DNA of 32,000 nt, taken from Candidatus Lokiarchaeum ossiferum (GTDB lineage Archaea; Asgardarchaeota; Lokiarchaeia; Sigyniarchaeales; Promethearchaeaceae). The position numbers were made by a program, and so were the translations under genes. The notes beneath the pieces are model-generated. The model ran no database searches, had not been told where the DNA came from, and worked only from the letters and a program-made list of their open reading frames with translations. The DNA lies in assembly GCA_025839675.1 (NCBI GenBank), contig CP104013.1, forward strand, positions 840,001 to 872,000. Reading direction: 5' to 3'. Positions 26,145 through 32,000 of this stretch are shown here, one piece after another (the stretch's first letter is position 1; each line of letters starts with the position of its first letter).

Positions 26145-27554
26145 ATGACAGAAGCAAAAGATTTATTATTAGTTTGGATCGGTCAAGCGGGAGTAAATAT
26201 TGCCGAAAGATTTTGGGCATATGCATATGAAACGCTAGGTATTCCAGTACCAATCAAAACGGGAGATATTCCCGCAGACATTGATAAGATGCTCGATAAG
26301 AAGTTAGAAATGACAGAATTCTATACAGAATACGAAATTGAAGAAGCACGTCGGATGTTCTTCTACAATCTGCTAGATGATAAAGATCGAGCTAGTAATA
26401 AACAAAAAAAATATATCCCGCGATCTATTTTTATTGATTTGGAAGCCCAACCAGTTCGGAGTTTTCATGAACGAAATTCCCATATTTTTCCAAAGGATGA
26501 TTTTATCTACAATACATTCGGATCTCATTCAATGTGGGCACGGGCCAAGCGTATTGGTACCAATTTAAAACCATACATCCTTGATCGAATTCAATCTCTT
26601 ATTCAAATGCGTGCGATTCAAAACTTAGAAGGCATAATAATAATTCATGCAACGGGAGGTGGAGCAGGATCTGGACTTCTTGATAGTGTATTTGAAGTTC
26701 TGCAAGATAAGTTCCCAAAAGTCCCTACCCTCACTTTTTCAATTTTTCCAAGTCGAAAACTCAGTGGAAATGTTATTGAAGCATATAATACAATTTATGC
26801 AGCAAACAGTTTATTAGCAAATGCAAGTGCAACAGTGTTACTTGACAATGATAAAATAATTAATTTGGTAAAAGAAAAATATCAGATTGAATCACCCACT
26901 TATGAAGATATTAATATGATAATCTCTCGGTTAATATTCAGTGTGATTATGCAAATTGCAATGCCTGGTGCCATCATTCGGGCGGATTTCAATAAATTAT
27001 TCACAAATTTAGTACCCTACAAATACATGAAATTTTTGTTAGCAGGTATTGCTCCCTTTAAATTTGATGAATTTTCTCAAAATTCTACAGAAGATCTAGT
27101 GAAAGAGCTCACTGATGAGCAGAATTATATGGCCGATGTAAACTTTGGTACAGGTAAATATGTATCTACCATGTATTTCTTCATGGGAAAACTAGGTCCT
27201 GAAGTGAAAACTCCTCTCCGAATTGCCAAAGAAAATATGGATTTTATGCCATGGATTCCGACTGGTATGTTCATAGGAATTACTCCACGAGAAAAAATGA
27301 CCCTTGATGGGATGCCTCTTTTACGTCAAGGAATTGTTTTAGCAAATAATTCGGCAATGCGGTTTATATTTCAAAGAACTATGGCACAATTTCAAGTGAT
27401 GTTTAATAAAGGTGCATTTATGCACCATTTTAAGAAAGAAAACATAGATGCGGAAAAAGAATTGAAACAAGCCGCAGCCAATATTACACGAATGATGAAA
27501 TTTTATGAGATTGCAGAAAAATCTACAACTAAAAAACGAACTGTTAAATCCTAA
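26145..27554 (+). CDS. tubulin-family GTPase (bona fide tubulin-like, not FtsZ/CetZ-like)
   Basis: 469 aa. Block-by-block correspondence to eukaryotic tubulin:
- VWIGQAGVNIAERFW / IQAGQCGNQIGAKFW
- KYIPRSIFIDLEAQP / KYVPRAILVDLEPGT
- HATGGGAGSGLL / HSLGGGTGSGMG (T4 signature)
- VIEAYNTIY...VLLDNDKI / VVEPYNATL...CIDNEAL
- FTNLVPYKYMKFLLAGIAPF / [20 protein letters not shown]
- FMPWIPTG / FVEWIPNN
- NNSAMRFIFQRTMAQFQVMFNKGAFMHHF / [30 protein letters not shown]. Confidence 0.9.
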   Translation: MTEAKDLLLVWIGQAGVNIAERFWAYAYETLGIPVPIKTGDIPADIDKMLDKKLEMTEFYTEYEIEEARRMFFYNLLDDKDRASNKQKKYIPRSIFIDLEAQPVRSFHERNSHIFPKDDFIYNTFGSHSMWARAKRIGTNLKPYILDRIQSLIQMRAIQNLEGIIIIHATGGGAGSGLLDSVFEVLQDKFPKVPTLTFSIFPSRKLSGNVIEAYNTIYAANSLLANASATVLLDNDKIINLVKEKYQIESPTYEDINMIISRLIFSVIMQIAMPGAIIRADFNKLFTNLVPYKYMKFLLAGIAPFKFDEFSQNSTEDLVKELTDEQNYMADVNFGTGKYVSTMYFFMGKLGPEVKTPLRIAKENMDFMPWIPTGMFIGITPREKMTLDGMPLLRQGIVLANNSAMRFIFQRTMAQFQVMFNKGAFMHHFKKENIDAEKELKQAAANITRMMKFYEIAEKSTTKKRTVKS

Positions 27555-27582
27555 TTTTTTCCTTTCATTGTTTTCAATAAAA

Positions 27583-28473
27583 CTAAACATTGTTTAATTT
27601 CAGAACTCCATTAGAAATCGCTTTTTTTTCTATATGATTAACAACATTGAAATATATTGTGATTTCATTCTCATTAACGATTTTTTTTAATACTTGAAGT
27701 TTAATTTCGGTTCCTGGAAGTACCATACCGGTAAATTGGCAATATATTTCCTTAACATTTGAAGGATTCCCTCCAGATTCTCGGTTGATAATAGAACTTA
27801 CAGCTATAGCCAGAGTAGCAGTCCCCTGTAAAATATTACCGGGTAATTTAACAGAATGTGCAAATTTTGGAGAAGTATGAATTGGGAAGACTATATTTGT
27901 ACATCCATCGTAGACATAGGGAAGACATAGATCAATGAATATATCTTCAACCCATTCAGGTTTTCCTTGCCATTTGTTATCCAAATAGGACGGCATAGTG
28001 GGAAGGTTACTAATCTCTGCCCCTTCTGGAGAACATTTCACACCTCGCAACATAATGCCTGTGTATTCGGTAAACACTCTATATCCTTTTCTGTCGGTGG
28101 CTTTAAATTCTCCAATAAAATGACTTCCCGCACGATGAGGTTTTATCGCTGCAATCTGCCCTTCGATCTGTAGACGATCCTTGGGTTTAATCAACCTATG
28201 GACAATAATATGTTCTGAATAATGAACCCCACGGGCTAAAAAATGTTGAGGAAAGTTTTGATCGATGATAAATTCAGAAATATTTTCAATTATTGGCCAA
28301 TTTACAACAACTGGAAAGAGTGGATGAGCTACGAGCCCACCCTTTTGTTCATCATCGAAATAATAAGGATTGGAATCTTTTATTGATGCAGCATAATTTG
28401 TGGTTTGTCGCCAAGTTACTCGCGTTTTATATGGTTTAAGGATAGTTCCAACATATTTTAAATCGAGTTCCAT
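27583..28473 (-). CDS. MaoC-like (R)-hydratase/dehydratase, double hotdog fold
   Basis: 296 aa. The N-terminal half, WRQTTNYAASIKDSNPYYFDD...VAHPLFPVV, resembles MaoC_dehydrat_N. The C-terminal half, with FPIHTSPKFAHSVKLPGNILQG, resembles the MaoC dehydratase hotdog (HxxxxxA...G-x-I-x-x-G). Confidence 0.55.
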   Translation of the reverse strand: MELDLKYVGTILKPYKTRVTWRQTTNYAASIKDSNPYYFDDEQKGGLVAHPLFPVVVNWPIIENISEFIIDQNFPQHFLARGVHYSEHIIVHRLIKPKDRLQIEGQIAAIKPHRAGSHFIGEFKATDRKGYRVFTEYTGIMLRGVKCSPEGAEISNLPTMPSYLDNKWQGKPEWVEDIFIDLCLPYVYDGCTNIVFPIHTSPKFAHSVKLPGNILQGTATLAIAVSSIINRESGGNPSNVKEIYCQFTGMVLPGTEIKLQVLKKIVNENEITIYFNVVNHIEKKAISNGVLKLNNV

Positions 28474-28763
28474 TCTATTCTAAATTGTATTTTCTGTTCA
28501 TTTTAAACTTTACTTCACTGGAAAGGAGTAATATACCAAAACTACTCGTATCTATTTCAGATTTGTAATAATCGAAGAAATTTTAAACTTCTATATTTGA
28601 AAGAAGAATCAATCATAAAAAATGCATTAGGAAACACCTTTCCATTTATAGAAGATTTATGTTTTTCACTAAAATTTTTACAAAATTTTTTTGCAAAATC
28701 ATCTATATTAGTCGAAGGTGATAAATTTCTAGTAATCCGGAGAATTTTTTTCTATTCGGAACG

Positions 28764-29531
28764 GTGAATCATATGTCTGTACAAATCGAGGATATTTCTA
28801 ATACCTATATTATGACAAAATCAGAAACTTTGTTTAAGATTTTGCAAGCGTTGAGCTTTAAGGGTGGTAGTTCAAGCACATCTTCATTAAAAATTGCTGT
28901 AATGCTGGATGATAACATTATCGCCGCAGCTTTGAAGGGTGGAGAACTTTTAAAATTCATTGAAAAAGATGAAGATGAATACGCCCTCACAGCTGAAGGT
29001 GAACGAATTTTAGAAGTCAGTAAAAAAGAACAACAAGATATGGTGGCTAAAAGCTATTATGCTATTGAGGGCTATCGAGATATTGTTTTTCGCATGAAAA
29101 TGGCAAGCAATCAGATGCAAATGAAAGAACTTGAAAAAGCATTCTATATATTGGAAAAAGATATGCGTGATGAACTAAGAAAAGTAATTGTTGATAGTTT
29201 TATAGATTTTGGTCTTTATGCAAATGTTTTAGAAACTAATAATAATGCAGCCAATCCAGGAGTTTTATTAACCGCTAATGGAGTTTCGCAATTAGATGCA
29301 GTATTAGCAGCGAAAAAACGCAAACGTAAGGGAGGTACTGCCCCCACAGCAGCCAGTTCTGGTGGAGGCATTGTAAGTGATTTATCTTGTCAATCTTGTG
29401 GAAAAGCGATTATGCCAGACTTTGCCATGTGCCCCTATTGCGGTACTGCGTTAAAACGTTCCTGTAGCAATTGCGGTAAGGAATTACAACCAGGCTGGAA
29501 AATGTGTCCCTTCTGTGGAACCGGACAATAA
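28764..29531 (+). CDS. winged-helix-like protein with C-terminal double zinc ribbon
   Basis: 255 aa with GTG 28764 or ATG 28773 as start. The C-terminus CQSCGKAIMPDFAMCPYCGTALKRSCSNCGKELQPGWKMCPFCG gives four CxxC pairs, i.e. two zinc ribbons (DZR-like). The N-terminus LFKILQALSFKGG...LKFIEKDEDEYALTAEGERILE is wHTH-like. A KKRKRKG basic linker joins them. Confidence 0.65.
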   Translation: MNHMSVQIEDISNTYIMTKSETLFKILQALSFKGGSSSTSSLKIAVMLDDNIIAAALKGGELLKFIEKDEDEYALTAEGERILEVSKKEQQDMVAKSYYAIEGYRDIVFRMKMASNQMQMKELEKAFYILEKDMRDELRKVIVDSFIDFGLYANVLETNNNAANPGVLLTANGVSQLDAVLAAKKRKRKGGTAPTAASSGGGIVSDLSCQSCGKAIMPDFAMCPYCGTALKRSCSNCGKELQPGWKMCPFCGTGQ

Positions 29532-29679
29532 TCAATCACATCCTAAGGAATGTTTTGTCTTTATTCTTTTTTCTCTTTTATTAACAGGTCTTGCATTTAT
29601 TTCCAAAAACAATTCTAAAATCCATATATATATATCTTCCAAACATCTTATTAAGTAGAGGTTTTAGTAGAGGCTTTCC

Positions 29680-31656
29680 ATGAGTATTGGCGCAGATGAT
29701 AAAGATGATCTTTTGTTTATCTTCATTGGTCAACGAGGACTTCAAATCGGTAGTATCTTCTTTAATTTAATTAAGGACGATTATAAAGGAAAGCGATATG
29801 ATATTTTGGATTTTTTTTCCAAGGTATTTTTTATTTGTGAAACCGAAAGTCAATTCCGAGAAATTGGAACCATGATAGAAGGATATGTTCCCGAAGAAAA
29901 TGTGCTTTTAATGGGAGAATTAAATACAAGCGGAGATTTATGGTCAAATATTGAAGAAAATGACGATATATTCGCAAGTAGAGTTTTTGCTCCATTAATG
30001 TACGCTGTTGATCAACTCGCAAAGCCAAATATTCTTCTTTTTTATGACCTTTCAAATGGAAAACAAGCAGGAATTTGTGATTATTTATTGATCAATTTTC
30101 CTTTAGTAAAACAACAAATGCCAATCTATGTGATTGCCACAACATCTATCGATGAAGGAGCAGGTGCTTTATCTATTTATTGGAGTATTTTAGGGCTAAA
30201 CTCGATCATTCAAGGATCCACAGCAAAAGCTTGTATTCTATTAGATTATGAAGCAATTGGAAATTCAATTTTTCTAAAACGAATTAAGAAAATGGATGAT
30301 ATTGATTTTGAGAGTTATAACTATGTTGTAGCCCAATTAATTTACTCCATCACATATTATGATAGAGAACCATATTCAAATGCTGTGCCATTTTGTCAAA
30401 TGATTGATAAACTCGTGATTTTCAATGACATGAAATTCATCATTCCCTTCATGACAATGCCTCGTCGTGAATTGATCGAAGATGAAACGTTTTCGGGCTA
30501 TTTAAACGAGTTGGTAAATGATTGCAACCTATTTTCAATGAATTATAAACGCCCCATAGATGAAAATGGCGTTGAACAAGATTATCCTAAAATTAGTCTC
30601 GCTAATGCATTTATTGCCTTTGGGGAAAAACAAGATACACACTATCTAAACTTAATCCGGAATAATTTACCTCCGATCATGGAATATTTGCCTGGCACTA
30701 AAACGTTTTATACATATCCCCGCGGGGACCCTTTCTCCGTTTTTTTAGAGAATAATACAGTTGTTCGTCAATATTTTCAAGACCTTTTGGAGAAATTTGA
30801 TATTCTTATCTCCCATCATTCTTATCTACATGTTCTTGAGGATTTAGGAATCACCGTAGATTCATTTTCGGATGCCTTAGACAAATTGGTCTCAATAGTG
30901 GATGCATACCAAGAAAGTGAGGATCTGCTCTATGATGATGAAGAATTCGATTATGAAGAAGAAATATCCAAGTATGATCAACCTGTTGATGAAGAGGAAG
31001 AACTAAAACGAAAGTATGGAGATACTACAGAAGGCACTTTAGAAGGAGAAATATCTGAGAAAATAAAGGGAATAAGCGACGCAAATGATCCTGAAAATAA
31101 TGAATTTCAAGGAGAAGAAGGAAGCAAACCAGAAATTTCTTCACCAAAAACTGATGCTTCGGAAGATTCAATAAATAAAACACCAAAATTGGATAAAACT
31201 CAAATCATTAGAACAAAAGATGATGAAATCAATGATATTGATAAATTATCACAAAATATTGACGCCAAATCAATTTCAAACTTAAATGAACAAGCAATAA
31301 AACAAAATCCACGAAGATCCCGTCCAACTCGCACTCTGAAATTACAAAAAGCCGATCCAATTTTAGTCTCAAGGGAAGGAGGTCGAATTGTGAAAGAAGA
31401 AAAACCAGATAAAGCGGAAGGAAGCGCTTTAGGTTGGTTAGAAATGCGTGCCAATAAGGAAAAAGAAAAAGTTCAGCAAGAGAAGGCTGAAATCACCAGA
31501 GAACGAGAACGCATTGAACTTGAAAAACGCGAATTTGAAGAAGCACAAGAACTCATTCGGTTAGAAGAAGAGAAGAAAACCCAAGAAGAAACGGAAAAAA
31601 CATTAAAGAAAAAAGAAGAACTGAAAGAATTAGCTAAAATGTTTGAAAATCTATAG
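29680..31656 (+). CDS. divergent tubulin-family paralog with degenerate GTP-binding signature and long acidic/coiled-coil C-terminal extension
   Basis: 658 aa. The tubulin-like core spans about aa 1-410, with these correspondences to eukaryotic tubulin:
- IFIGQRGLQIGSIFF / IQAGQCGNQIGAKFW
- YVPEENVLLMGE / YVPRAILVDLEP
- ILLDYEAIGN / CIDNEALYD
- YNYVVAQLIYSIT / LNHLVSATMSGVT
- ENNTVVRQYFQDLLEKFDILISHHSYLHVL / [30 protein letters not shown]
The T4 position reads DLSNGKQAG instead of GGGTGSG. An acidic stretch (ESEDLLYDDEEFDYEEE) follows, then about 230 aa of low-complexity and K/E-rich heptad sequence. Confidence 0.75.
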   Translation: MSIGADDKDDLLFIFIGQRGLQIGSIFFNLIKDDYKGKRYDILDFFSKVFFICETESQFREIGTMIEGYVPEENVLLMGELNTSGDLWSNIEENDDIFASRVFAPLMYAVDQLAKPNILLFYDLSNGKQAGICDYLLINFPLVKQQMPIYVIATTSIDEGAGALSIYWSILGLNSIIQGSTAKACILLDYEAIGNSIFLKRIKKMDDIDFESYNYVVAQLIYSITYYDREPYSNAVPFCQMIDKLVIFNDMKFIIPFMTMPRRELIEDETFSGYLNELVNDCNLFSMNYKRPIDENGVEQDYPKISLANAFIAFGEKQDTHYLNLIRNNLPPIMEYLPGTKTFYTYPRGDPFSVFLENNTVVRQYFQDLLEKFDILISHHSYLHVLEDLGITVDSFSDALDKLVSIVDAYQESEDLLYDDEEFDYEEEISKYDQPVDEEEELKRKYGDTTEGTLEGEISEKIKGISDANDPENNEFQGEEGSKPEISSPKTDASEDSINKTPKLDKTQIIRTKDDEINDIDKLSQNIDAKSISNLNEQAIKQNPRRSRPTRTLKLQKADPILVSREGGRIVKEEKPDKAEGSALGWLEMRANKEKEKVQQEKAEITRERERIELEKREFEEAQELIRLEEEKKTQEETEKTLKKKEELKELAKMFENL

Positions 31657-31676
31657 GTTTTTTTATCCCTTACTTT

Positions 31677-31982
31677 TTAATTTTGATCGTTATGATGAAG
31701 AGTATTTTGCTTAAATTCTTGAAAAGTTGTCTCTAACCAAGCCATTCGATTTTTCCTCTTCACATATCTTGAATAAAGAAATATCAAGATTAAAGTTAGT
31801 GCTATTGTTGGAAGAATAAAGTACATTGCTGATCCCCGCACGATCAAAATATATCCCCATAACAAAATCGTAATCCCAAACCCATACAAAAATATTTTTT
31901 TTTCCAATGCCGCATCGGGAATCATAGTGTTCCCTTCTTCATGAGAATCAACCAAATCCTGATCTAATTTTGCACCTTCCAT
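31677..31982 (-). CDS. small hypothetical membrane protein
   Basis: 101-aa ORF with two hydrophobic helices (IFLYGFGITILLWGYILIV; MYFILPTIALTLILIFLY). No recognisable motif. Confidence 0.4.
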   Translation of the reverse strand: MEGAKLDQDLVDSHEEGNTMIPDAALEKKIFLYGFGITILLWGYILIVRGSAMYFILPTIALTLILIFLYSRYVKRKNRMAWLETTFQEFKQNTLHHNDQN

Positions 31983-32000
31983 CTCATCTTGGTTGACTTG

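Noticed and set aside
29624-29635. (TA)6 tract 45-56 nt upstream of the divergent tubulin start, and the duplicated AGTAGAGG just before the ATG, as promoter/RBS.
   Set aside because: This is plausible as a TATA element plus Shine-Dalgarno-like sequence. However, simple TA repeats are common in this DNA, and without TSS data I cannot support a call.
1-32000. Integrases, transposases, toxin-antitoxin pairs, restriction-modification or other defence/mobile signatures.
   Set aside because: No ORF shows the corresponding catalytic motifs, and no tRNA-adjacent island boundary is visible. The window looks like chromosomal backbone rather than a mobile island.

Overview
This is a strongly AT-rich archaeal chromosomal segment. 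It carries an archaellum operon, TATA-type promoter elements and 5S rRNA genes unlinked to 16S/23S. Two tubulin-family genes and a Rag/Gtr1-type small GTPase make an Asgard (Lokiarchaeia-like) origin my best guess, which I could not verify. All homology calls were made by eye from motifs; no searches were run.

Gene content, left to right:
- DsrE-like protein and Bcp peroxiredoxin
- a membrane protein and a CPBP intramembrane protease
- a 1.4k-aa secreted surface protein with three PPC-like modules and a PGF-CTERM-like anchor
- an HdrD/GlpC-like Fe-S protein whose CCG-domain cysteines are all lost
- a minus-strand gene string: two paralogous giant Cys-rich repeat proteins (668 and 1273 aa), a coiled-coil/winged-helix protein and a small acidic protein
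- two identical 5S rRNA transcription units flanking a DUF1499-like gene
- a Rag/Gtr1-like GTPase and a GNAT acetyltransferase
- an archaellum operon (F/G-like x2, arlH, arlI, arlJ) ending in a frameshifted archaellin
- divergent from that operon, a locus with two tubulin-family paralogs separated by a MaoC-type dehydratase and a winged-helix/double-zinc-ribbon protein

Most interesting:
1. The tubulin pair. One is a canonical-looking tubulin. The other is a divergent paralog with a degenerate GTP-binding signature and a roughly 250-aa acidic/coiled-coil tail.
2. The paralogous multi-zinc-knuckle giant proteins, which have a three-tier Cys-module architecture that I cannot assign to any known family.
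3. The frameshifted archaellin with a long basic leader, and the duplicated 5S units.
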